Source: the human T2T-CHM13v2.0 reference genome, Homo sapiens. Taken from it: 64,000 bases of DNA. This document shows, in pieces, positions 15,300 through 29,125 of the stretch. The notes under the pieces were generated by a model that did no database searches, was not told the DNA's origin, and worked only from the letters and a program-made list of their open reading frames with translations. Where the stretch lies: assembly GCF_009914755.1 (NCBI RefSeq), contig NC_060934.1. The stretch is one strand, 5' to 3'. Position numbers and translations under genes: made by a program. Position 1 is the stretch's first letter. Every line of letters starts with the position of its first letter.

Positions 15300-16200
15300 C
15301 CTGCAGAGAGAGACACGCATGGCCGCTGTAGGTTTTTCTTCCACCAATTAAGTGCATTGTTAGACAGGGAGGGGCAGATTAACGAACGCCTATAATTTTG
15401 ATCATTGTTTTTTGCAAAACAGCTCAGGCTTTGAAAATGAAGCCATCGTTCCCGGCTAAGTTTCTGCCAACAGCACAAATTATACTGTGCAGAGATCCAA
15501 AGCCCCTAAGAAGGTTTCATTAATGAACAATTTCAGACGATTGTTTAAGTCTTCGCCTGACAGGTAATGTTGGCATGTCGGCAGGTGGGGTTAGGGTTTC
15601 CATGGAGATTTATGATGTCATGCTTGAAAGAGCATGTCAAGACAGCCGATTTAACAAGTAGCTACTCAAAAAGTCCTATAGGCTACAAGTAGGTTTTATG
15701 CAAATGACGAGAGTTTCACTGGGAAAAACTGCAAAAGAAAACAGCCCAGACATGGAGGGGGGTTTTACCTGACAGCTCCGAAGGAAGACCCTGGAGTCCG
15801 TTCCAGACAAAAACTTCCAGAAGAATTAGATTTTCTGCTTTAACTGCCGCCTCACCTGTGGAGCTCTGGGTACAGGTAAATATGCGGGGTTTTTTTCTTC
15901 CAAGTTTTTGCCAAAAATTATTTGGAAACATTTCGCTCTGTTTCTCGGCATTGTTCTCTTGGCAGGAAGAAGTGAATCAATAAGCCCAGCTTTCCCATAG
16001 CAATGTTCGTGCTAAAGGGCTGTTTTTAAGGGCTTTTTTTTTTTTTTTTATTGAATGAACTGAGATTTTTGAATAGAGCTGAAAACAAGCGATGCATTAT
16101 GCGTTCTGCTGATTGTGCCCGGTGAATACTGCTATAAAAGTGCCACAGATAAGGGTTAGATGGACAATCTGAAAATTGAGATGCTCCATGTATTTCTTAT
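15300..16200. promoter_or_regulatory. Putative promoter/enhancer in repeat-free sequence
   Basis: CpG-retaining unique DNA; SOX-like CATTGT/AACAAT at 15354, 15404, 15526, 15949; octamer ATGCAAAT 15698; TGACAG (MEIS/TGIF) 15558, 15770; TATAAAAG 16134; AGATAA 16147; minus-strand Inr TCACTTC around 15973. Confidence 0.55.
15769..15973 (-). other. Candidate first exon (lncRNA or alternative 5' exon)
   Basis: Inr-like start at 15973; donors CAG|GTGAGG (exon end 15856) and CAG|GTAAAA (exon end 15769). Confidence 0.4.
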
Positions 16201-16211
16201 TTATTCCCAGA

Positions 16212-16219
16212 TGTGTGTG

Positions 16220-16254
<35 letters not shown>

Positions 16255-16256
16255 GT
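16212..16256. repeat. (TG)n microsatellite
   Basis: about 21 TG units with one interruption. Confidence 0.95.
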
Positions 16257-17084
16257 TCTTTTACTCTTACGACAAACCTGAAATTGAGACTATGGGTAGT
16301 TTTGTATTTTCACATTGTAAAAATGCCAAAAATAAAATCCATGGAATGTTGCAGAAATAATCTTTGAATCAGGTTTATGAACATTGCACTTTTTTAAAAG
16401 TATGTATCTGATGCTTTTCTCACCGAGGCATTTTTCCCAGACTAGAAAAAAACAGTCCTGATAGAGACATCCAGTTTTTGAGCTTTTAGGGAAGCAGGAT
16501 TTCTAAATTCCAAGAAGATAGATAAAGACTTCTTGGAGGAAGGTGGGGTGTGGGTGATAAAGGTAGTTTTTAAAGCATGGTTTAAAAGAAAATACTGGTC
16601 ACTTGGGAGTATGAGGGTTTTTTTTGTTTGCTTCGGCTGCCAGTGAGGATAAGTAAACAGTCTTGCCAGCCATTTGGATGTGATAGCAATCACTGGATGC
16701 GGCTGTGGATCTGTGAGTTAGCTGAAAGGGGTTAGTTCAGAGGCATCAGTTGCCCTGTGAGTAGTTAGTTCCACCAAGCTTAAAAAGAACACAAAGAAAG
16801 CCTATTGTTTCTTCCACACAGTGCATGGCAGCGTGTGAGGTTAAAGCGGAGTTCAGAATCATCGAAAGATACCTGTGAAATGGGAATTTGGACTTTTGAA
16901 ACTAAAACTACTTAGGAATAAGTGGATAGGCTTTCAAAATGTTTTAAGAACTGCCTCATGTGTGAGAATGAGACCTCCTGAAATTTTGCAGTTAGATAAT
17001 GTGGATTAATGCCAGAACTCACATTCATATTAAATTGTTACCACAGTTATTGCAAAACAGTGAGTGACAAAGAACTGTGCCTCC

Positions 17085-17290
17085 AACATCGGAAGTTCTG
17101 GGCGTTGAGTTCTGGCTTCACCACTTAGTGGCTGTATAACTAGAGGAAAGTAAATTCATGTCCTTAGGCCTCAGTCATCATGTCCATAAAATGGGATGCC
17201 AGTAGCTAGCTGTGTTGTGAGGATTAAATAACAAAACAGACGTAGCACAGTTCTAAGCATTCATGTTCCAAATGTTAATGATTGTTTTTA
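17085..17290 (+). mobile_element. MIR
   Basis: 'ttctggcttcaccacttagtggctgt..ggcctcagt..taaaatgggat..gtgaggattaaat'. Confidence 0.75.
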
Positions 17291-17393
17291 TTGACTGCTG
17301 AAATGGCATTGGATATTTAGAAAGTGTTTTTATATTCTTTACTTCCTCTTATCATTACAAGTAATGACTAGCAGTCAAGTAAGGCTAGTAGTC

Positions 17394-17684
17394 TTTTTTT
17401 TTTTAAAAAAAAAAGACAGGGTCTCACTCTGCCACCTAGGCTGAAGTGCAGTGGCGCGATCTTGGCTCACTGCAACCTCTGCCTCCCGGCTAAAGCAATC
17501 CTCCCACCTCAGCCTCCTGACTACTGGTGCATGCCACTGTGCCAGGCTAATTTTTTGTATTTTTGGTAGAGATGGGGTTTCACCATGATGCCCAGGCTGG
17601 TCTCAAACTCCTGGGCTCAAGTGATCTACCCACCTTGGCCTCCCGAAATGCTGGGATTACAGGCTTGAGCCACTGCACCCGGCC
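17394..17684 (-). mobile_element. AluJ
   Basis: Alu; TSD ggctag(t/c)agtct. Confidence 0.88.
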
Positions 17685-18657
17685 TTGGCTAGCAGTCTAT
17701 TTCCACTTTACAGATGCAGAAACTGTGGCTCAGAGAGTTACTGGGAAATACGACATAATAAACTATCCTATACTGCCTGCACTTTTTCTCATTTTAGGAG
17801 GCATAGAAAAAAAATGAATGTGTTATTGAAATAACTCCCAGCAGCAGCAATGATTCTGTAAAGTAATTAAAATACAAAATGTTAAGTATGCCAAAGGAGC
17901 CAGGGTATTTATATTTTTATATTAATTATGCTTTTGCCACTTTTTTCTAGACAGGCTACAGAAGTGATATTAATTTACTTTTTACTGGTACCTACTGATA
18001 GGAGCTCCAGTACTGCACAGACTTAAAATTTTAAATTCTACCTGCCTGAAATTTTTCTTGGCCATACAAGTAGAGTCGGATTTTAATGTTACAGGTATTT
18101 TCGGAGTGAGAACCCAAGTCACCAAGGGGCTGTGGTTGCTACAGGGTGCAGAAGGAGCCTAGGAGTCGAATATACTGTCCTTTATTCCTTCTGTATTCTA
18201 GACGTTGGCACTTCCTCCCTTGCCTCTATCCCAGACAGAAACACAGCCCATAATTATATCCTACATCCATTGTATGTAAGAGACAAATATGTTTTTCATT
18301 GTGCTATTTTTAGCCACAGTGTTTCTAGCTGGGGAAAACACTCTCTTCATTCCAGGGTTTTCTTAACAATTTTTCCAGTTTTTCCATGTCAGACTATTCA
18401 GAATTATTCAGGTTCCACACTCCTGGGAGAAGGCTCTTAATGAAGTATTGAGTAGGCTCATCGAGGGGGATTCTAGAGGGATTTTGGCATCTGAGCTGCT
18501 GAGCCTGAACTCATTCTATGACAGATGATGTCTGTGGTCCCATGAATTAGGCTGCATTGAGGACTCTCATTCCCAGCACTGTTTGGGGGCACTGGGAAAA
18601 GGTTGAGTTACCTTATCCCAAGGGTAGATCTATAAGGAGAAAAGCAAATATTTATTT

Positions 18658-19656
18658 ATTTGTTTTAAATTTCTGCTTTTATTTTTAGATATAGGAGGTA
18701 CATGTATAGGATTGTTGCATGGGTATACTGGATCCAGATAATGAGCATAGTACCCAATAGGTAGTTTTTTAACCCACATCCCACCTCCATCCCCACTCTA
18801 GTAGTCCCCAGTGTATTTTGTTCCCATGTTTACATCCATGTGTGCTCCATGTTTAGCCCCCACTTGTAAGTGAGAACATGTGGTATTGGGTTTTCTATTT
18901 CTGCATTAATTTGCTAGGAAAATGGTATTCAGCTCCATCCATGTTGCTGCCAAAGAAATGATTTCATTCTTTTTTATGGCTTTATAGAATTCCATGGTGA
19001 ACATGTACCACATTTTCTTTATCCAGTCCACCATTGACGGACACCTAGGTTGATTCCATGTCTTTGTGGATAGCACGGTGATGAACATAGAAGTGCATGT
19101 GTCTTCTCGGTATAATGATCTATATTCCCTTGGGTATATACCCAATAATGGCATTACTGAGTCAAATGGTAGTTCTGTTTTAAGCTCTTTGAGAAATCTC
19201 CACACTGCCTTCCACGGTGGCTGAACTAATTTCACTCCCACCAGCAATGTATAAGCACTCCCTTTCCTCCACAGCCTCACCAGCATGTTATTTTTTGACT
19301 TTTTAATAACAACCATTCTGACCGGTGTGAGATGGTATCTCATTGTGGTTTTGATTTGCATATCTCTGATGATTAGTGACGTGGAGCATTTTTTCATATG
19401 TTTGTTGGCTTCTTGTATGTCTTCTTTTCAGAATTGTCTGTTTATGTCTTTTGTCCACTTTTTAATGGGGTTGTTTTTTGCTTGTTGATTTAAGTTCTTT
19501 ACATATTCTGGACATTAGACCTTTGTTGGATGCATTCTTTGTGAATATTTTCTCCCATTCTGTAGGTTGTTTGCTCTGTTGATGGTTTCTTTTGGTGTAC
19601 AGAAGCTCTTCAGTTTAATTAGGTCCCACTTGACAATTTTTTTATTGTTGCAATTG
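18658..19656 (-). mobile_element. 5'-truncated older L1PA (ORF2 C-terminus + 3'UTR)
   Basis: ORF 18906-19397 is L1 ORF2 C-terminus ([16 protein letters not shown]); TSD aaagcaaatatttattt at 18641 and 19657. Confidence 0.92.
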
Positions 19657-19799
19657 AAAGCAAATATTTATTTCATTCAAAGTTTTAGTTTCAAATATGA
19701 ATCACAAAGCTGCAATTTTAGGGTAGAAAAGAGTTTTGAACTCAAACATGGTGCCAAAACTCCAAATAGGTTTTGAGTCACTGATGAAATGTTTCTTAA

Positions 19800-20162
19800 A
19801 TTTTATTTTATTTTCTTTTAGATTCAGGGGGTACATGTGCATGTTTGTTTCATGGGTACATTGCCTACTGGTGGGGACTGGGCTTCTAGTGCACCCATTA
19901 TTCAACTAGTGAACATCATAACCCATAGGTAATTTTTCAACCCTCACCCCCTTCCCACCCTCCCTCCTTTTGCAGTCCCCAGGGTCCATTATTTCCATCT
20001 TTATGTTCATATATACCAATTGTTTAACTCCCGCTTAATAAGTGAGAATATGCAGTATTTGTTTTTTTTGTTTCTGAGCTAGTTCACTTAGGATAATGGC
20101 CTCCAGCTCCAACCATGTTACTACAAAAGACGTGTTTCATTCTTTTTTATGGCTGTGTAGAA
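19800..20162 (-). mobile_element. Older L1PA 3' UTR fragment
   Basis: 'ttagattcagggggtacatgtgc..ttcacttaggataatggcctccagctcc'. Confidence 0.85.
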
Positions 20163-20375
20163 TATTCACATATATACAGGAATATATATATATATATACA
20201 CATCTATGAATGTGTAGAATATTCATATGTATGAATACATACGAATGAATATATATGTGTGTTTGTGTGTATATATAGGACTATATATACACATCTATGA
20301 ATGTATACAATATTCATATATATGAATATATAAGAATGAATATATATGAGTTTGTGTATGTATATATACATATAG
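20160..20375. repeat. TA-rich degenerate tandem repeat (two copies of about 90 bp)
   Basis: 'tatatatacacatctatgaatgt..aatattcatat..tatgaata..gaatgaatatatatg' occurs twice. Confidence 0.85.
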
Positions 20376-21082
20376 ATCCTGTTTTAGAAGCCCAGTGAAG
20401 CTTTTTATTACACTTAATTGTCGTAGCGTTCAGAGATTATCTTTGATCAATAAGTAGCGATCGCATTGAGCAGAGCACTTTACACCTAGTGGGTTTTAGC
20501 AAAGGCTTGTAAATCAGATGGGCTGCGTGCAGTGACTGAAGAAGTCTCCTGCCTGGATTCGGATCCTGCCTTCATTACTTGCTCGTAGCACAGGCTTTCC
20601 ACTGAAGAGCATATGAAGTTTTGTTCATATTCCAAATAAAATAGAGCATCTGAATTTCCAATGCCTCTTGATAAAGGAATTAGTGGTCTTTAAGTATTAC
20701 ATTATTCTCTTTGAATGTCATTTTTGGAATTTTCACAGAAATGATTTCTTCAGAAAGAAAGGCACTGAAAATTTAACTGGAAGTTCCTCTCGGCTGGCTA
20801 CCGGGGAGGTAGAGAGCAGAGAGTTCTCCTGGGTGGGAGGGATTTCTAGAAGCTCTTTACAGCTGAGGCCCTTTTCATCGCTATTTATTAATTTGACTTG
20901 ATCAGAAGCAATCCAGTTTTGAAGGTGTAGTTTCTAAAATCTCTTTATTTCAAAGAAAGTCATCCTGAAGAATGGTGTCATCCCAGATGACCTTGCTTTT
21001 TCTCTTCAGATGTCTGGCCACAGAAGGGATCAGCAGGTAGAATGGGAAGGCTGTTTTCATCCTTGGGCATTAATTGGGCTTC

Positions 21083-21404
21083 CCTCTTTTCTTTCTTTCT
21101 TTTTTTTTTTTTTTTTTTTTTGAGACATGTCTTACTCTGTCACCCAGGCGGGAGTGCAGTGGCGAGATGTCCGCTTATTGCAACCTCCGCCTCCCGGATT
21201 CAAGTGATTCTCCTGCCTCAGCCTCCCGAGTAGCTGAGATTATAGGCATGTGCTACCATGCCCTGCTAATTTTTCTAATTTTAGTAGAGACAGGGTTTTG
21301 CCGTGTTACCCAGGCTGATCTCGAACTCCCGGCCTCAAGTGATCCGCCTGCCTCATCCTCTCAAAGTGCTGGGATGACAGACATGAGCCAGTGCTTCCGG
21401 CCAG
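21083..21404 (-). mobile_element. AluS
   Basis: full Alu reverse complement. Confidence 0.88.
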
Positions 21405-22104
21405 CTTATCCTAACGGCAGGAAGCTTTGATACTTTTACTTCCTGACCACAGACTTAGTAGGCAGCAGGAACAGTCTTCAACTCCCTGGTTGTATAATTA
21501 CAAGAGCCAATGTGAAATATTATGCATTTGGAGAAGCCCTTCTCTAGAGCTCTTATAGAAAAGGAATGTACAGCCAAGTTTATGGGAAGCATGAGGATGG
21601 TGAGTCCAAAGTCAAGGTAGGTGATAGCATTGGTGGCCCCTTGCAGCACCGGGAGTCTATATGGCGGTCTAACTTCGCACCCCCTATTTGTCACTTCATA
21701 GCACTCTTCACTTTCACTCCGTTTCACTTGCTCATGATTAAGCAACAAACGTGGTAATGGTGTTTCCTACTCTGAGTTTCACTAGATTTAGTAAACGCAC
21801 ATGATCATGCTGGTCCCGTCGAAGTGACGATAGGAGTCCTCGGAGCTGTGGTCTCCGCCCTGGCTGGTTGCACCTGCTCTGTGCTCTGCTCAGATCATAC
21901 AAGATGGAGAGAGCAGAGACCCCATCAGAGAGAGGCTTCTGTTGGCTGCAGTGTGACACTGTAGACTTGCCAGAAAGGGCTCTCTTTGGACCTACTACTT
22001 GCCACTCAGAAGCAAATGGGCTGCAGCCTCATACGTTTTTGGAGTGAATAAGAGAACTAAGATTCTGATGGACCCTTGGTGATTTTCTCTCTTCAATATT
22101 ATGA

Positions 22105-22502
<398 letters not shown>

Positions 22503-23275
22503 TAGTAAGGTAAATGTGCTGCAGATAATCGTTTGGCCTGTGTTTTGGAGGGACCTTTTTGTTTTTTAATTGTCTCTTTGAATTTTGCACAAAGAAGGGT
22601 TGCACGGGCTCCGTTCATCTTTAACTTATTATTTGCATCCTTTTTTATGATAAGTTTTAAGACTACTGAAGAAAGCAGCTCCGGTAAAGAGCCTCACAAA
22701 GGCCAATTTTCAATTTCTCCCTTGTGGGCTGTGTGTGTGTTTATGACGGTCAGAAGAAGACAGACTCTCATTTAAAACTATTCTCTCTTCAAAGCAATTA
22801 TAAAGTGGCCCCATCATAGATAAACTTGACCCCTTTTAATTGCTGGTTAGATTGCTTCTTTTTTCTCTCCCTGTTGTGAACAGGACTGCAGTGACCATCC
22901 TTGTATCTGTGCATGTGGGAACGAATCTGAAGGACAAATTTCTAGAATGTCAAGTTGGATTGCTAGTTTTGGAAGGTATTGCCCAAACTTTTTCTCAAAA
23001 ACACTCAGTTTATTCTGTCGATATGAATGTTGCAGGGGATATTATGGTACGTTCAGAGAATACAGTTCACTACAGTGATGCCAATGTGTGAAATACACTT
23101 GACATGTGGGTAGGAACACATAACCAAGTTATATTTAGTAAACAATCTACCGAGCAGTAGAGTTAATATGATCCCATTTATTATTTTATTTTCTAACAAT
23201 TACTAGTGATACTTTAGTTTGGTTCTTGCTTTTCTAAACTGTTAACCGTGAACATGTAACTATTTAAAACTTATG

Positions 23276-23560
23276 CTGGGTTTGCTGGGTCATGTCTGTA
23301 ATCCCATCTTGGAAGCCAAGGCAGGAGGATCAGTTGAGGCCAGGAGTTTGAGACCAGCCTGGCCAACATGGCGAAACCCGATCTCTACTAAAAATATAAA
23401 AATTAGCTGCACACGGTGGTGCGCATCTGCAATTCCAGCTACTTAGGAGGCTGAGGCAGGAGAATCACTGGAACCCGATGGCGGAGGCTGCAGTGAACGG
23501 AGATCACACCACTGCACTCCAGCCTAGGTGACAGAGCAAGGCTCTGTCTCAAAAAAAAAA
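23276..23560 (+). mobile_element. AluS
   Basis: Alu dimer with A tail. Confidence 0.88.
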
Positions 23561-23704
23561 ACAACCATATATTATTCATTAAATGCATGTTCATGCTTAC
23601 TTAACCAACAGTATGGCCCTTTGGCTTAGTCTCATAGTCTATCTGACCCTTATTTTCTTTTCTTTTTTTTTTTTTTTCAAATGCCCCTTTCATTATGAAA
23701 CTCT

Positions 23705-23810
23705 TTTTTAACTTTTAATTTAAGTTCAGGGGTATGTGTGCAGATTTGTTACATAGGTAAACTTGTGTCATGGGGCTTTGTTGTACAGATTGTTTCATCA
23801 CCCAGGTATT
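23705..23810 (-). mobile_element. L1PA 3' tip
   Basis: 'ttaagttcaggggtatgtgtgcagatttgttacataggtaaac'. Confidence 0.8.
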
Positions 23811-23814
23811 ATTT

Positions 23815-23969
23815 TATTTTCATTTTAGTTTTTTAAATTTCTTTTTAGAGGCGGGGTCTCACTGTGTTTTGCCCAGGCTGGTCTCGAACTCCTCCTGGTC
23901 TCAAGCAATCCTCTCGCCTCTGCCTCCCCAAGTGTTGGGATTATAGGCATGAGCTACTGCACTCAGCCC
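23815..23969 (-). mobile_element. Alu left-arm monomer (FLAM-like)
   Basis: left arm only. Confidence 0.82.
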
Positions 23970-24053
23970 ACCATTTGTTTTAAAAAGGGTGGATCCTATT
24001 TGTATAAAAAGCCATGTGCATTTTCTGTGTACTTGTCTACACATTAATTTCCA

Positions 24054-24374
<321 letters not shown>

Positions 24375-24899
24375 TCAGAGAGAGGGACTAGAAGACTAAT
24401 GAGGACAGAAGCTTTTATTCTTAACACCTATATTTTGCTACCATTTATATTGTCATCATATGCATATAACATTTTAACATTTAAAAACTAGTTTAAACAG
24501 AAATGGTTGCCCTGGAATGTGGCCTGTGTTCTTTCAAGGGAGGCCAGCAGTTTCTACAGTGGCTGAGATGGTACCTTCATCTCACACACCTACGCAGGAG
24601 TGCATTTGTGCTTTGATGTGGTTGTCCCTTGAAGAAGGAAGCAGTTCTCTTTTTCTTTTTTCCCTTTTCCATTATAGGATCAGTCACTTCTTGGGGCATT
24701 AGTAGTCTCATTTCCAGTGGCATCTTCCCTTGGCAAAAGGAATCCCAGATAGGACCTCATCTTTCTAAACAAATGCTGTTTTGGGTCCTAACCATCCCAT
24801 GTTTGCTTTGAATATGTTTAAGTTGCCTGGAATTATCAACAAAAGAATTAAATTTATTGTAGGTCAGGGCATCTTTTGACTCATTGTATAAAACATTCA

Positions 24900-25266
<367 letters not shown>

Positions 25267-26952
25267 CTAATTTGCTGAGGGTTCATTTTAGATAAAAGGT
25301 GTTTAGGTTTTCATATTATGTTTGTAACTGTATAGCTATGATTCAGTTTCCTAAATGAAAAAAGAAACTGTTTTAATGTACAGACTATTTAGATTTGAAA
25401 AGACTGTGAGAGCTTTTTCTTTTATAGCAAGACAAGTCAAGAATAGAAGGCACACTGCGAGAGGGATGTCTTTTGAAAGAAAAGAAACACTACTTTTTAT
25501 ATTCTCAAATCACTGAAGAAAGCTTTAGACATAATTTCAAACACTAGCTCCTGTTTAATTCAGATGCACAGAATGCATTAAAACCACGAGTGTAGTGGAC
25601 GTGATTTATACATTCTCTTAGCACAAATCAGTACCTATCTTCACTGTAATTAGACTTTTCTTCCTTTCTCCTTCTCAAAAGCTACTTTTGAAACCTTATG
25701 TTTTCCCTGGACATATTTTCTGTACTTCATAAAATAGCTCAGTTCTGCAACTAACTGCAAATATTTGCAAAAGGGAACAAATGTAAAATAAACGTCCCCT
25801 AATGCAGTGTTTGGTGAAGAAACATATGTCTGACATTAGTTGGTTAACCTGAAAAATAGTAAGAAACAACTCTACTTAGGGGAAAGGGGGTAGAATTGAG
25901 CCCGTACTGTGCAAATCAAGAGAAAGCTATAATTTACGCAATTTTTATTAAAGAGAATACAAGTGCTGTAGGCTTGGGGTGGTGCTAGGTCATATTTAAG
26001 CCTAATTGAGCTTTTTCTATATCATTAGAAAAATGGGCCAAGTTTCCTATATTATAGGGTAAATACAACATTTTCTTCCTGCAAATATTAAATACCACTG
26101 GCTTTTTAAGACGTAAACATCCAAATCTCAAATGTCTTTATTCATGCCAATGCAATACAATAAAAATATTCCCCATATACACTTAAATCACTGCAAGTAA
26201 GCCTTAGAATCCCCACAAGTATTATTACTTACTATATCTCAGAAACTTTCACACACATTATTTCAAATATAGTTCTCCCAAAAAAACCCTGCGGAGAGAT
26301 ACCTGTAAACCAAGGCTGAGACTAGCCTAGACAGTTCGTTCTTTAGACAACAGGAGTGGAGATTTGAACCCAGCTATTGTGACTCAAGCAAGCCTAGGGC
26401 ATGTTTCTGAGATCTCTAAGGTGTGCGCTGTGAAACCGGTGGCTCATTTTATGGGTTGGATTTCCAAACACGACTATCACAATCATGCCAGGAATCAATG
26501 ACTGACTTCTTGCCTCCGTGGCCTGAAGTTCTCCTCTGCACCTCCTACCTTTTTGCCATTTCAGTGATGCACCAAAGGGTGGAGTTGAAGAACATCAGTT
26601 TTGCTGCTGCTTGTTGGCAATACTCTCAAAAAGGCGTGGGGAGGGAGAGGTGTAACTCACCCCTGAAGTCAAGCCTGGAGATTACTTGTCAGGAATGTCA
26701 AAAGCATTTGTTAAGCAACCTTCTTCCTGGCATTTTAAGAAGAAAGCCGCATACATAGATCAAATCCCTTCCTTCAGAAACCTGTACTCTCTGAACAGAG
26801 CCTTGGAATTCAGCCTAGAGAAAGAATACTTGGTGGTTCATAGAACTTGGTTCACAAAAGAGTGCTTGCTGCCCACGCATTTTGCACAATGACTCCCAAA
26901 CACACAGAATGCACATTGGCAACAATTTTACGCGTGTTTCCAAAAGTGCTGA

Positions 26953-27286
<334 letters not shown>

Positions 27287-27344
27287 CACATTTGTCAACT
27301 TTCATTGGTCAATGATTGATGCAAGCCAGAATAAGAATAGATTG

Positions 27345-27985
27345 GGCCGGGTGCAGTGGCTCACACCTGTAATCCCAGCACTTAAGGAGGTCGAGAGAGC
27401 AGATTGCTTGAGACCAGCAATCTGAGATCAGCCTGAGCAACACAGGAAGACCCTGTCTTCACAGAAAAATGAAAAAAATTAGGCCAGGTGCTATGGCTCA
27501 CACCTGTAATCACAGCACTTTGGGAGGCTGAGGTGGGTGGATCACCTGAGGTCAGGGGTTTGAGACCAGCCTGGGCAACATGATGAAACCTGTGTCTACT
27601 AAAAATACAAAAAATAGCTGGGTGTGGTGGTGCACCCCTGTAATCCTAGCTACTCAGGAGGCTGAGGCATGAGAATCACTTGAACCCAGGAGGCGGAGGT
27701 TGCAGTGAGCCGAGATCACACCACTGCACTCCAGCCTGGGCGACAGAGTGAGACTATGTCTCAAAAAAATTAAATTAAAATTAAAATTGAGCCTGATGTG
27801 GTGGCACATGCCTGTAGTTCCAGCTATGCAGGAAGTTAAGATGGGAGGATCCCTTGAGCTTGGGAGATCAAGGCTGCAGTGAGCTGTGATTGTAACTACT
27901 GCATTCTAGCCTAAGAAACAGAAAGAGACACTGTCTCAAAAAAAAAAAAAAAAAAAAAACAAGAAAAAAAAAGAAAGAAAAAAAC
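27345..27985 (+). mobile_element. AluJ with an AluS (about 27482-27788) nested in its A-rich linker
   Basis: J left arm, complete S dimer, then J right arm and tail. Confidence 0.88.
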
Positions 27986-28299
27986 AGATCAGAGGCCCTG
28001 GCCTGGGGTCAGTTTCTCCAGAAAGGCCTGCACAATGGAGTTTTCATGTAAAAAATTTCTTACATCCTGATTTTAAAAAATCAGATGATCAGGAAACATT
28101 GAGTTCCGATTCCTTTGTTACAACCTCCACTAAAGCTAAGTAACAGCTGCTGTATTAAGATGGGGCTCCCCCTCTCCATCCCACACCTGCCTCCCTTACA
28201 TGCCTAACTCCTGTTGTAAATAGGGACCCTAATCTGATGTTTTTGTAGTCCCTTTCCTAGGGGCACTGTGGGGAGGTGGAAGGAATTTCACCTTTGTTG

Positions 28300-28530
28300 T
28301 TGGACAGACTTAGATTTGAGAACTGGTTCTACTACTTACTGTTTGTGTGGTCTGGGACAAGTCACTTGGTCCAAGTAAGCTTCTGCATCTGTTAAAAAAA
28401 AAAAAAAAAAAAAAAAAGGGGCGGGGAGCTAAGAATTCCTGCCCAGCAAGTTGGTTTGCAGATCAGAGGCAGTGTGTGAGAAGTACTTAACCCAGCACCT
28501 GGCATATAGTAGATGTTCAGGACATCGTAG
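28300..28530 (+). mobile_element. MIR relic
   Basis: 'acagacttagatttgagaactggttctactacttactg..ctgcatctgt..agcacctggcatatagtag'. Confidence 0.6.
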
Positions 28531-28845
28531 CAGGAATAAGGGAGACATCTCACAAAACATTTTGTGAGAAAGGATCAGTTTCTATCTAGTCAATGTCTTA
28601 AACATTCATAGGTTGTTCATGGTGGGAGCTGCTCGAGGAATCATCCTAGTTTTATGGAGGAGGAATCTGAAGCTGGAGGAATTGTCTCCTTCAAGATTAC
28701 TTAGTTAAAGGCAAACAGGTTCATAGCCAGTGGCTCTTCACCAACCCACAAAAAGGCCTCAGATTATAATTTTGAAGATTAAGTATATGAAAGTGCTATT
28801 TGAGTGATTAAGTGTAAGCATCAGATCATTTTGAACTGGTGAGAT

Positions 28846-29125
28846 GGCTCACACCTGGAATTCCAGCACTTTGGGAGGCCCAAGAGGGAGGATTGTTTGA
28901 GCCCAGGAGTTCAAGACCAACCTGGGCAACATTGTGAGAGCCTGTCCCTACAAAAAATAAAAAAAAATTAGCCAGGCATGCTGGCACACACCTGTGGTCC
29001 TAGCTACTCTAGAAGCCGAGGCCAAAGGATTGCTTGAGGCCAGAAGGTTGAGCCTGAAATGAGCTCTGATTGCGCCACTGTGCCACAAGCTGGGCGACAG
29101 CAAGACACTGTGTCCAAAAAAGAAA
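28846..29125 (+). mobile_element. AluJ
   Basis: diverged Alu dimer. Confidence 0.87.

Noticed and set aside
15769-15973. Assigning the candidate first exon to a named gene (RBM47 considered from memory)
   Set aside because: I could not verify it, and the intronic MIR4802 hairpin I would expect nearby was not found, so no gene symbol is given
18906-19397. 163-aa ORF
   Set aside because: Decayed L1 ORF2 C-terminus
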